Source: Terriglobia bacterium (GTDB lineage Bacteria; Acidobacteriota; Terriglobia; 2-12-FULL-54-10). From it: a stretch of 64,000 nt of DNA. The notes under the pieces were generated by a model. It worked only from the letters and a program-made list of their open reading frames with translations. It searched no databases and had not been told where the DNA came from. Location: contig CAXVYR010000004.1 in the NCBI GenBank assembly GCA_963666975.2, positions 2,112,001 through 2,176,000 of the forward strand, read 5' to 3'. This document shows, piece after piece, positions 43,888 through 53,731 of the stretch. Position 1 is the stretch's first letter, and the number at the start of each line of letters is the position of its first letter. Position numbers and translations under genes: made by a program.

Positions 43888-44107
43888 AAAACACCCTTTG
43901 TCCGCTCCCTCACGGGGTCCCCAACGCGCTGCTTTCAGCGCGATGGGGTGTCTCACGACCGCAGCTTGGAATCGGCCTGCTGATTGGGCTGCACTGACCG
44001 AGCCGCGCGCGCCTGTCCCGCCTGCCCTGCCTGCCCTGAGCGAAGCCGAAGGGAGCGAAGCCGAGGGATTAGCAAGCGGACCCTTACACCAGTTTTTCAA
44101 CAACCTC
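43877..44107. mobile_element. MITE with terminal IR AGGTTGTTGAAAAAC carrying REP repeats
   Basis: IRs at 43878-43892 and 44092-44106; solo ends at about 30091-30105 and 37106-37120. Confidence 0.75.
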
Positions 44108-44118
44108 TTAGGGACGCA

Positions 44119-44262
44119 TATGGCGGAAGACCCAGAAGCTCTCCAAAATTTGGACCTCCCGACGCTGACCGTCCGGGGACTGGCGAAGGAGTTTAGCCCC
44201 GGCATGATCTTGATGATGACCGGCATCGGAACCAGTCATTTGATCACCGCGCCGGTAGCGGC
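44119..44262 (+). pseudogene. N-terminal fragment of an Nramp-like transporter
   Basis: FSPGMILMMTGIGTSHLITAP resembles Nramp/SLC11-like TM1; truncated. Confidence 0.55.
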
Positions 44263-44614
44263 ATCCCGAGCATCGGCGGATGCGGCAGAAATTGCGAGCC
44301 CCAGCAGGGCGAGCCATTTATCAGCGGCGCAAAGCAATCGTGGAACCGGTGATCGGAGTCTTGAAAGAACAACGTGGAATGCGACAGTTCCGGCGTCGGG
44401 GTCTGACAAAGGTTGCGGTCGAACTGGCTCTGGCTGCCACCGCCTTCAACTTCACACGCCTGCGGCACGCAAACCCGGCGCTGCAGTGTGCGCGCTAAGC
44501 GCGGGGAAGCTGGCACGACCGATTTTGTCGGAACTGAATACTGTAAATTCATAGGCCTATATCTCAAAACCGGCAACTCGTTTCGCAAAAGTGGTTCCGT
44601 TTTCACACAGACTC
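44263..44614 (+). mobile_element. 3' remnant of an IS1182-family element
   Basis: YQRRKAIVEPVIGVLK...FRRRGL...AFNF C-terminal motif (44280-44498); possible end TTTCACACAGACTC. Confidence 0.7.
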
Positions 44615-44732
44615 TGGAGCCATGCCCTGACGCGGAATCAGACGTGACAATTGGCCCACTCCCGGCGAGTCCAGACCATTGATTTCCTGCCCGGCCTGCT
44701 GTATAGTCTGATGCACGCCTTCTGGGAAAACT

Positions 44733-47594
44733 ATGAAACGAAAAAGATATCTGCTTAGCCTTGCTCTTTTTGCCGCTGCTTTGTTGGTTCCGAACTTCCA
44801 CGTTGTTGCGGCCACCTTATCCGGCACAATTTCGGACACCGAAGGGGCCACCGTCGCCGGGGCTCAAATCATCGTCCGGCAGCCCGATACAGATTTCTCC
44901 GAGATGGTGCTGACGGAAGAAGACGGAAGCTATTTTCTGGAATCGCTTCCTCCGGGAGTTTATACCGTTACCGTTAGAAAATCGGGGTATGCCGACCTGA
45001 CTCAGGGACGAGTCACTGCCGGCGACCCGGCGGAACCCGTGCGGCTGAACCTGCGGCTACAGTCCAGCCAGGAACAAACTACGGTCCGGGCAACCGAGGA
45101 ACTGAATCCCAACATCTTTATCGTGAAGCTGGATACAAATGAAATAAACAGAAATTTGGACAAGCGGGGAGCCAACATTCAATTCCTCCGGGAGTTTCGG
45201 TCGCAGGAGAATAATTACGGAGCAATGTACGGCCACCCGCTGCGGAGGGCAGATTTGCTCCGGCCCAGATCGCCGCTGAGGAACTTCCACGGCTCCCTGT
45301 ACAATTCGCATCAGAACAGCGCCCTCAACGCCCGCTCTTTTTTCACCGTGGGCAGCCTCAGGCCGTCCCGGCGAAATCAGTACGGGGCTACGTTGGGTGG
45401 GCCCCTCTTCAGCGACAAGCTGTCTTTCGATTTCGCCTGGAGCCAGACCCGGGATTCCGGGTTTGTGAATGGAAACGTTCAGGTGCCCCTGGAGAGCGAA
45501 AGGACTCCTCGCTCTTCGGACCCGCAGGTGAACGCCGTCATCGCGAGACTGCTCGAAGGATTTCCCGGAGACCTTCCCAACCTTCCGGACGTCAGCCCGC
45601 GTCAACTGAATACGAATGCGCTTCGGGACATCCGCAGAACGGCCTTTTCCACCCGGCTGGATTACCGGCCCGGCGAGGCGGATCAAATCGCCTTTGAGCA
45701 AAGGTTTTTGGATGCGACCGAGGTGCCGTTTGAAATCGTAGCCGGGCAAAACCCGGATACTTTTCTCCGGCCGCAGAGCACCCATCTGACGCACACCCAC
45801 ACTTTCTCTCCCAATACTCTCTCCCGGCTCTCCGTTGATTTTGACCGCCTGGCGGTTGTGCTCAATATTACGGACCGGTATAGAAATCTGCTCGCCCCGT
45901 TGGGAATTGACGTGGTTCCGGAATATGCTTTCGGCCAAGAAATCTCGGCGCTGGGGAGCGGGGGCCGTGGGTCGAGCCTTCCCCGCAGGCGAGTGGAGAA
46001 TCGGTTTTCTTTTGCTCCGGAAGTAACCCGCGTCCTCGGAAAACACACTCTTTCAGCCGGATTCCGAATCACCCGGTTGCGAATTAATGATCTGCAAAGC
46101 GATAACTCCCGAGGCCAGTTTTCCTTCACCCGGGACTTCGGTCGCTCCGCCGTGGAGAATTTCCTGCACGGAACACCCACCTCGTTTACGATTGCCCTCG
46201 GAGATCTCTATCGCGGATTTCGCAACTGGGAAAACGCCTTCTATTTGCAGGACACCATCCGGGCCAGTTCCCGCTGGACGCTTTCGCTCGGACTGCGATA
46301 CGAAATGGTGACGGCGCCGAACGAGGTGAACGGCCTCACTTCGATTGCCTACTCGACCGACGCCAATAACTTCGCTCCGCAGTTCGGTTTCGCATGGAAT
46401 CCAGGCGGGGGGAAGACGGTCGTGCGCGGCGGCTATGGGATTGCCTTCGGGTCCGTCTTTCCGATCCTCTACCAGCGGGCGCGCTTTAACCCGCCCGAAG
46501 TGCAGGTGATCAAAATTGATAATCCTGACCTGCTTAATCCTTTGGGCGGCGCCGCCGAAGTGAAGAGATCAGAGTTGAATCTGCTGAGTCCGGACTTGGT
46601 GGCTCCCTACTCGCACATGTATAACTTCGGCATCGAGCGAGAACTGCCGGCGAATCTGTTTTTCCGGATCGGATATATCGGGAGCCGCACGTTCAAATTG
46701 CCAACCCGTGCCATCTCCAACCGGGCCCAGCCGGTTCCGGGACTCTGCGAGGAGCGGGAGGGTTTCCCTTTTCTTTGGTGCGGGACGAATACGACCAACC
46801 TCAGGCGGCCTGATCAGCGGTTCGCACAGATCTCAACCGTCACGAGCGGCGGCATTAGCTATTTTGACGGCCTGCAGGTTGCCGTGGACAAGCGCATGGG
46901 CCGGGGATTGACCTGGAATGCCCGCTACACATTCAGCAAGGCCATTACCACTTCAGATACGCATTTTGCACAGATCGGAACAGGCTTCCACAACAGCACC
47001 ATTGAGGACGTCTTCGGCGACCTGAGAGGGCTCGCGCGGTTTGACACTCCGCACGCGCTGACGCTCGGCTACCGGTTTGAGCTTCCCTGGGCGCGCAACC
47101 AGCGAGGAATCCGGTCCCTGCTGCTGGGTGGATGGAACATTTCCGGGACGACCACCTTCCGATCGGGCACTCCCACCCACGCGCATACCGGTTCGGATTC
47201 TCCCGGCTTTGGAAACGCGGACGGAGTGGGCGGGGACAGGCCAAACCTGCTGAACCCTGCGATTCTTTGGAAGAGCGTGGATCACCCGGATACCGCCCGC
47301 TTCATCTTGGCCAAGGAAAATTTCGATACGATCATCCCGCCGGGAGGGCGGGGGAATCTTGGCTATCAGACTTTCCGGAACGACGGCACGCATAATTGGA
47401 ATATCGCCGTCGCGAAGGATTTCCCTGCCGGGGAAACGGGCACTTTTCAACTTCGCACCGAGTTTCTCAACTCCTTCAACCAGCCGCAATTTGACGAAGC
47501 GAGGCACGTGATATCCGCAGACACCTTCGGAAGAATCCTGAATACGTCAAACAAGGGACGCGTCATCCAGATCATGCTGCAATTTCGCATGTAA
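44733..47594 (+). CDS. Oar-type TonB-dependent receptor with carboxypeptidase-regulatory-like N-domain
   Basis: Signal peptide; GTISD..GATVAGA; RRNQYGATLGGP; LRTEFLNSFNQPQF. Confidence 0.9.
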   Translation: MKRKRYLLSLALFAAALLVPNFHVVAATLSGTISDTEGATVAGAQIIVRQPDTDFSEMVLTEEDGSYFLESLPPGVYTVTVRKSGYADLTQGRVTAGDPAEPVRLNLRLQSSQEQTTVRATEELNPNIFIVKLDTNEINRNLDKRGANIQFLREFRSQENNYGAMYGHPLRRADLLRPRSPLRNFHGSLYNSHQNSALNARSFFTVGSLRPSRRNQYGATLGGPLFSDKLSFDFAWSQTRDSGFVNGNVQVPLESERTPRSSDPQVNAVIARLLEGFPGDLPNLPDVSPRQLNTNALRDIRRTAFSTRLDYRPGEADQIAFEQRFLDATEVPFEIVAGQNPDTFLRPQSTHLTHTHTFSPNTLSRLSVDFDRLAVVLNITDRYRNLLAPLGIDVVPEYAFGQEISALGSGGRGSSLPRRRVENRFSFAPEVTRVLGKHTLSAGFRITRLRINDLQSDNSRGQFSFTRDFGRSAVENFLHGTPTSFTIALGDLYRGFRNWENAFYLQDTIRASSRWTLSLGLRYEMVTAPNEVNGLTSIAYSTDANNFAPQFGFAWNPGGGKTVVRGGYGIAFGSVFPILYQRARFNPPEVQVIKIDNPDLLNPLGGAAEVKRSELNLLSPDLVAPYSHMYNFGIERELPANLFFRIGYIGSRTFKLPTRAISNRAQPVPGLCEEREGFPFLWCGTNTTNLRRPDQRFAQISTVTSGGISYFDGLQVAVDKRMGRGLTWNARYTFSKAITTSDTHFAQIGTGFHNSTIEDVFGDLRGLARFDTPHALTLGYRFELPWARNQRGIRSLLLGGWNISGTTTFRSGTPTHAHTGSDSPGFGNADGVGGDRPNLLNPAILWKSVDHPDTARFILAKENFDTIIPPGGRGNLGYQTFRNDGTHNWNIAVAKDFPAGETGTFQLRTEFLNSFNQPQFDEARHVISADTFGRILNTSNKGRVIQIMLQFRM

Positions 47595-47629
47595 CGAAAC
47601 CTTTCCCCGCTCCCCCCGTTCTGCAAACC

Positions 47630-47926
47630 TAAAGCAAATTCATGGTTGCTGTATAGCTTCCCAGAACGCTCGTGAAGCCCCAGAGGGGCGCAAGAGTTTA
47701 GCCCACGGCGCCAGCCGTGGGTGGGAAAGGCCACGCCGGATCAGCCCCGGAAGAGCCTGCCCTGAGCTTGCCGAAGGGGGCGAAAGAAGAGGGCCGGAGC
47801 GTCTTTCGCCCCTCTGGGGCTTGAGGTAATATCGGTCCCCGTTGTCCCAGGGCTTACGCCCTGGGTTAGATTCTGCCGCCCTTGCAGGGCTGTGAAGCAC
47901 TCTACACCAACTCTGAAATTGGTCTG
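47630..47926. repeat. MITE-like element with a REP hairpin cluster
   Basis: Ends TAAAGCAAATTCATGGTTGCTGTA and TACACCAACTCTGAAATTGGTCTG; hairpins CCCACGGC..GCCGTGGG and CCCAGGGC..GCCCTGGG. Confidence 0.7.
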
Positions 47927-48070
47927 GAGCAGCAGTTTCACAGTAGCTGTATAGCAATCCGAGATGTCATTCCGAGGGTTGAAGGCTTTTCGGCCCGAGG
48001 AATCTGCTTGAAAAGCGGTTTCAGGTTCTGGAAACGAGCCCGCCGCGCCTCCCCTTGCATGCCGCTGTTT

Positions 48071-49969
48071 CTAATAATCGTAGGCCGGCTTATTTTCATA
48101 GGTAATTTGAATGCCGGCAGGCTGCTTCCCAAGCTCCGGGGCATAGTCCTCGTGCAGAAAAACCACATTGCCTCCGACAACCGTCATCAACGGATAGGTG
48201 TTGGCAATTTCGTCCACCGGCTGCACGGTGAAGTAGTCCTGGTTCAAGACCAGGAAATCAGCCAGTTTGCCCGGCTCCAGCGTCCCGATCCGGTCCTCCC
48301 GCAACATGTAATAGGAAGGCCAGGAGGTCATCATCTTCATCAGAATTTCCCGTTCCACGGCCTCGTCCGGCGCAACCATATATCCCTTGTGATTCTTCCG
48401 GGTGATCAGCGGAACCGCATCATAAAAGTAGGTGGTGCTGTTCGTGCCCCGCACGCCGGCTTCGTTTTCAAAGACCACCCTGACCCCGCCCTCCAACAAA
48501 CTGCGGATGGGGGAAATCCACTTCTGATACTGCATCCCGTACAGCTCCAGCCAGGGATAGGTCCGGTCCAAAACGTTTCCGCCACAACTGATGATCATCC
48601 CCAGCCGGGCCATGCGGGGGATCTGGTCGGGACGGGGATAGAGCCCGCAGTGATCCGAGCTGAAGCGCCGCGAGCGGACATAGTCCAGGGTGATGCTGGG
48701 CTCCTCGCGCATCGCCCTTTCGATGGAGTCCATAAAGTAATCGACGCCCCGGTCGGCGTAGGCGTGTCCCAGAGAGACCCGCTCCCTGGAGACGAGAGCG
48801 GCGTAGATACCTTCTGCCTGCGAAGTCCCCGGAGCATTTTTGCAATACTCCCGTTTCTTGATCTCCGGGCGGGACGGGATCGAGGAGCAGAACATGGGCG
48901 GGCCGTCGTCAATGTTGCCCACGCCTGCTCCTGTAGTCCAAAAGTAGTCGCTGCCCATGCCCGCCATATCGCCCAGACGGCGGTAAAAACTGGCCGGGTC
49001 CGGATTGTTCTGGAAGCCGAAGTAGTGAGTGTAGGCAAAGCGGACCGGCATTCTGTCCTGGCTCTCCAGCAGCCGGTAGGCATCCATAAAGCGCAGACCC
49101 ATCAGGTGCGAGGTGAAGGTCGTGATTCCGACCGCGGCGTTTTTCAGCAGTCCGTCCCGGACGACATCAGCCAGTTCCGGAATGTGGTCTTTGAAGTATC
49201 CGTCCACCACCAGGGCCCGGCCGTAGAGCACCAGTCCCCCCTGCTGGTTCTCGTCCATCTCCTCGTTTTCACCCATCGGCGGCTCAAATCCGTAGAGGTC
49301 CACGATGGCCTGCTTGGCCGCGTCGTTAATCATGTAGGCCGGGTGGGCCGCGATGAAGACGGGAACTTCCGGTGACAGGCTGTTGAGATAGCTGACCGCC
49401 ATTTTGTGGTCCTGCACGTACTTCACGCCGGGCCCCATGCCGGAACCGCCGTCTTCCGTGTTCAGATAGAGAAACGCCCACTGGCCTTCCGGAGCGTTGC
49501 CCATGCTCTCCTTCAGCGCTACCTCGATTCCCCGCGTAATCTCCTCGTCGGTTTTCCCGCCAACGAAAAACAGCCGGGAATATCTGTCTATGATCTCTGG
49601 ATTGTCCTCAATCCAGTTCTGCACTTCGCGGTTGTGGATGTGGGTGTGAGAATCAATGATTCCCGGAATTACCGTGTGCCCGCCGAGATCGATGCGTTCC
49701 GTATTGGGCCCGGCCAGAGACAGGATCTCGTCGTTGCTGCCGATCTCGAAGATTTCATCGCCGCGAATCGCCATGGCCTCGACGATGGCGCCGAGGTTGG
49801 TCGTGGTCGACTCATCATCCATGGTCACAATCTTGCCGTTATAGACAATCAGGCTCGGGTAGGTCACCAGCTTTCGCGGAACCGTAACCGAATCCTGCGC
49901 GCTAAGGAAAGCGGCCATAGAGAACACCACGAGGACCGCCAAGACCAATCGGGCAGCATATTTCATCAC
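48071..49969 (-). CDS. Secreted amidohydrolase_3 protein
   Basis: Signal peptide; IPGIIDSHTH; GTLEPGKLADF. Confidence 0.9.
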   Translation of the reverse strand: MMKYAARLVLAVLVVFSMAAFLSAQDSVTVPRKLVTYPSLIVYNGKIVTMDDESTTTNLGAIVEAMAIRGDEIFEIGSNDEILSLAGPNTERIDLGGHTVIPGIIDSHTHIHNREVQNWIEDNPEIIDRYSRLFFVGGKTDEEITRGIEVALKESMGNAPEGQWAFLYLNTEDGGSGMGPGVKYVQDHKMAVSYLNSLSPEVPVFIAAHPAYMINDAAKQAIVDLYGFEPPMGENEEMDENQQGGLVLYGRALVVDGYFKDHIPELADVVRDGLLKNAAVGITTFTSHLMGLRFMDAYRLLESQDRMPVRFAYTHYFGFQNNPDPASFYRRLGDMAGMGSDYFWTTGAGVGNIDDGPPMFCSSIPSRPEIKKREYCKNAPGTSQAEGIYAALVSRERVSLGHAYADRGVDYFMDSIERAMREEPSITLDYVRSRRFSSDHCGLYPRPDQIPRMARLGMIISCGGNVLDRTYPWLELYGMQYQKWISPIRSLLEGGVRVVFENEAGVRGTNSTTYFYDAVPLITRKNHKGYMVAPDEAVEREILMKMMTSWPSYYMLREDRIGTLEPGKLADFLVLNQDYFTVQPVDEIANTYPLMTVVGGNVVFLHEDYAPELGKQPAGIQITYENKPAYDY

Positions 49970-50156
49970 TCATCTCCCTCCTTACGAAGGCATACTCTTC
50001 ACAGAGACTCAAAGTTTAGAGAAGTATTCGCTAGTGCAATAGCTCCGCTATTGCGCTGACTAAAATGAACCTGCAATCGAAAACAGCGGCCAGTCAACCC
50101 TTTGGGGGGCTCTTTCGTATCCGTTATCCCTGGCAAACAAACTACCCAACCATCGC

Positions 50157-50987
50157 TTACCCAACCACCGCCGAGAACAAGGGGATGGGTTCAATTCGCT
50201 GCTGGCGGAAATCCTGCTCGAACTGTTCCATCTCGGTAGGCGTCAGCGGATGGAGAAACTGTTCGTTTCGCTGCCGCAACTCCTGCACGTGGAGGCCGAC
50301 GACCTTCTGCCTGGCTTCTTCCAACGCTTCGAGCGGCGGGGCGGCCCGGGCCAGCTTCGGAATCATCTCCGAACCGTGGTGCAGCTCATCGGCGGCAACA
50401 CCGCGTTCATGCTTGGTGATGCGGTCGGAAAATTCATCGGTCACAGGAAGCTGCCCCATGACGTAGTGGAAGCCGACGGCGGCCCCTTCCCGGTTCATCA
50501 TGATGACGTCCCGGAGCCACTGCGAGCTTGCCTCGCGGGCCAGCTTGGCGCCCAAGTCAAAGTAGCCGTAATGCTCCGGCCAAAGAGCTTTTTTCATCCC
50601 CGGACCCGGCGCAAAGGCGTCGGAAACGTCTCCATACCCCCACATTTCCGGCACCTCGCAGGGCTTGCCATCCAAGTACCAGTTGAGAATCCGCATGTAA
50701 CCAAAATAATGTTCTGCCTCCTCAAAGCTGTCGGTGCTCGACTTCTGGATACTCTCGAGCGGCTCCATGTTTTTAGCCTTGCGGAACATCATGCCAGAGT
50801 GGAAAACCATCGCGCCGTATTCTTTGGTGGTCTGCAAAGCCAGCCAGTTCACGTCCCGGTCCCGATTCCTCCGCTCCGAGTACGCCAGAGCCAGCCGCTT
50901 CGCAGCCCCCGTGTAGCGCTCGATCATCCTCGCCAGTTCCTCGCGGACAAACTTTTCGTCCATCTCATTCTTTCTATCCAGCGCCAT
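50157..50987 (-). CDS. Ferritin-like / di-iron four-helix-bundle protein of unknown function
   Basis: KE...EEAEH...REG...DELHH carboxylate/ExxH pattern; GGAAGGT RBS. Confidence 0.7.
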   Translation of the reverse strand: MALDRKNEMDEKFVREELARMIERYTGAAKRLALAYSERRNRDRDVNWLALQTTKEYGAMVFHSGMMFRKAKNMEPLESIQKSSTDSFEEAEHYFGYMRILNWYLDGKPCEVPEMWGYGDVSDAFAPGPGMKKALWPEHYGYFDLGAKLAREASSQWLRDVIMMNREGAAVGFHYVMGQLPVTDEFSDRITKHERGVAADELHHGSEMIPKLARAAPPLEALEEARQKVVGLHVQELRQRNEQFLHPLTPTEMEQFEQDFRQQRIEPIPLFSAVVG

Positions 50988-51046
50988 ATCGCACCTTCCT
51001 GAGAGCTTTAGTCGGTTTCTAGGGACTTCGGTCTAGTCTCCGCCCT

Positions 51047-53281
51047 TCAAAAAATCTCCGGGAAATAATACGTCAGCACGGAGTTGAGCCTCATGTCCGC
51101 CACGATGATCTCTTTGGTCCTCGGATTCAAGGCCACGCCGCGAGGTCTTTCAATCGTGCTTTGGGGTCCGCCGATCTTCCACCGTGCGGGAATATCGCCG
51201 TGATCGCGAATGCTCCAGACACCGATAAAAGCGCCCTCCGGCGTCGCCGCCGCCCAGTCGGTGGATTGAGGAATGATGATCCAGCCGCGGGGCGGATAGA
51301 CCTGGATCTGCTCCACGATGGAGATTTCTGTCGCAGGCCCGCGAATGATGCCTCGCGGCTGCACATTGCCATTGTCGGTGCGGTTGAAGATCAGCAGGGC
51401 CCCGCTTCCCCTGCCGCCTCCGTATTCGGTGAGCTTATTGAGCCCCACCACCACCACGTCGTTGACCGGATCAACCGCGACGCTGTTGGCGTTGCGCAAT
51501 TGGGTCGCGGGACCTCGGATCACCCGGATGGGGGCAACATTCCCATTCGCTTCCCTGGGGAAGACCAGTACTGAATCCCGGTTGGGGACGAATATTTCAT
51601 TGTTGATCGGGTCCACGTCCAGCCGGTCCGGCCTCTTCAACTGGGTGCGGGAACCCTGAATGATCCGGATCGGCGCCTCTTCCCCTGTAGCTCCGCCTCG
51701 GAATGTCAGAATCGTCTGGCCGAACTGATTCGGCACCAGGATTTCATCATGAACCGCATCATAGCGGATATCGTGCATGGTTCGTGCCAGCAGCGTCTTT
51801 TGTCCTGCCAGCAATCGATGGGCGGTTGCTGTCCCGTTCGCCAGCCTGGCGAAGGCCGCAATCTGCGGATGGGCCACTCAGTTGGGCACCAGAAGCTCAT
51901 CCCGCTTGGAGTCATAGGCCACACCCCCCGGATTGCCGATCGCCATCGCCACTTTTCCGAGCGGCGCACTGCGGATGGTGCGCAGCGGCGCGGCATTCCC
52001 GTTCGCCGTGCGCCGGTAAATGGTGGCCGAATGGTTGCCCATATTGGAGACCACCACCTCGTCGTTTTTGTTGTCCACATAAATGCCGGTGGGGTTTCGC
52101 AGGCCGGTTGCGGAACCTTCGAGGACCCGGAGAGGCGCTACGTTGCCGCTATCGGTCGCGCGGAAGACCAGGATCGAATCCGCTCCGTCATTGGCGACAA
52201 ACAGTTCCCCGTGCTCCCGGTCCAGATAGATTTGTCCCGGCCAGTTCAACTGCGTCCGGGAGCCTTGGATGACCCGCAACGGTGCGGCGTCTCCGCTGGC
52301 GGTCCGCTCGTGCACGGTGATCGAGGGAGGCAGTGTTTTTCCGCTGCCCGGCACCGCCCTGCTTCGAGTCAGCGGCCAGTTCTCCCGGCCGGGATTCCCG
52401 GCGTCCTCCCGCACTTGATGAACCGAGCCGTGATTGGCCACAAAGATCCAATCATTCTCCGGGTCCACGGCAATCCCATGAGGATCGGCGAGACCGGCAC
52501 GATCCCCCTGGATGAGGCGGATCGGGCCGTCTTCCCCTTGCGCCATCTTGGGATAAACCACCACGGCGCTGTCGTGCTCCACCGTCAGAAACATTTCCTG
52601 GTTTTCTTCGTCCACTGCGATGCCGTAGGTTCCGTGCGGAGTGTGAAGTTCGCGGTCGGGAGGAACGTCGCCCCGCGCCTGGCGGGAAAAGATGACCAAT
52701 GTATCCATGGTGTCGTTGTTGACCGAATAGATGTCCCCATTTGCCGGATCCACATAGAGCCCGCAGTTAAACTCCACCTTGGTCCTGTGCCCGCCGATTA
52801 CGCGCTTCGGCTCGGTCATAGTAGCTGTCGGCGGAGTATTGGCCTCTCGGTCATACACCATGATTTGGAAGAGGTTCTCGTCCTGCAGAATGATCTCATC
52901 CCTCACAGGATCAACGGCCACGGCGCTGAAGGTTGGATAAGTATCCTTGATCGCCCGCACGGGAGCGCGGTCGGCGTCGATGGAAGCTCCCCCGTCATTG
53001 GCGTTCTCTGCGAACACTCGCTCCTGCCGCAGAGCAGCCACCAGCCGGCTCTGCGAACTGGCCGGAACCCACTCGCACATGGCGCTGCCAGCGGCGGGCA
53101 TGGGCTCAACCGAGACCAGTTGAGCGAAGCCCGAGGGTCTCCGCAGAGCCGCCTGGGAGCTCGCCTGGAAAGCAGGCTGCTCCGTGTCCCCGGCTGAAAT
53201 GATCCATCCGGCGCTAACGGCCATTGCAGCGAGAATCGCAATGACACCCGGACGCCATCCAGATTGGTTGCTACGCGGCAT
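51047..53281 (-). CDS. Exported beta-propeller paralog 2, probably one 744-aa protein with in-frame TGA (Sec?) at 51878-51880
   Basis: ORFs 51878-53281 and 51047-51877 are contiguous and in frame; DELLVPN-TGA-VAHPQIAAFARLA. Confidence 0.8.
51837..51853 (-). promoter_or_regulatory. Candidate bacterial SECIS / recoding hairpin (paralog 2)
   Basis: Minus strand TTCGCCAGGCTGGCGAA; same sequence and spacing as 39774-39790. Confidence 0.7.
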
Positions 53282-53408
53282 ATCGGTTCGTTCCTCCTCC
53301 CAACTTGCCCCGCATGAATGGGTCTATTTTAACGGCTAATCAGCCAACTCAACAACCCAGAGAATGCCGGATTGCGCGGGACTGCAAGCGGTCCATTCTG
53401 TTGGCGGC

Positions 53409-53642
53409 TAAACCGTTTTTACGAATTGTGTGTCCCGTCAGGGCACGGCTTCAGCCGTGCCGAAATGCTCTTCAGCCAAGTGCGCTTCAGCGCCTGAGGT
53501 AAGTCTTGAACTCTGCTTGTTCCAGCGATTCAATCCCACCCTCAGCGGCTGAAGCCGCTGTCGTGATCCGAGTGGCGGCACGGTTAAAACCGTGCCCTGA
53601 CAAGAGCGCAATATGGGATACACGAGTTGTGAAACAGGTATA
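53409..53642. repeat. About 235-bp MITE/REPIN-like element (inverted relative of 40590-40824)
   Basis: Shared arms and internal hairpins CAGCGGCTGAAGCCGCTG and GGCACGG..CCGTGCC. Confidence 0.85.
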
Positions 53643-53731
53643 GAAAAAGGAAATTGGCTGCACCGCGAATGTGTCGCTCCCGGGTTCCCTCCTTTTATCC
53701 GATTTCCGAATCTTTATCCAATCCCGGCCAT

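Noticed and set aside
43898-44554. 218-aa ORF
   Set aside because: A patchwork of translated REP/MITE sequence, an Nramp fragment and off-frame IS1182 sequence
35478-47926. CRISPR array
   Set aside because: The repeats are dispersed REP/MITE palindromes, not regularly spaced direct repeats with unique spacers
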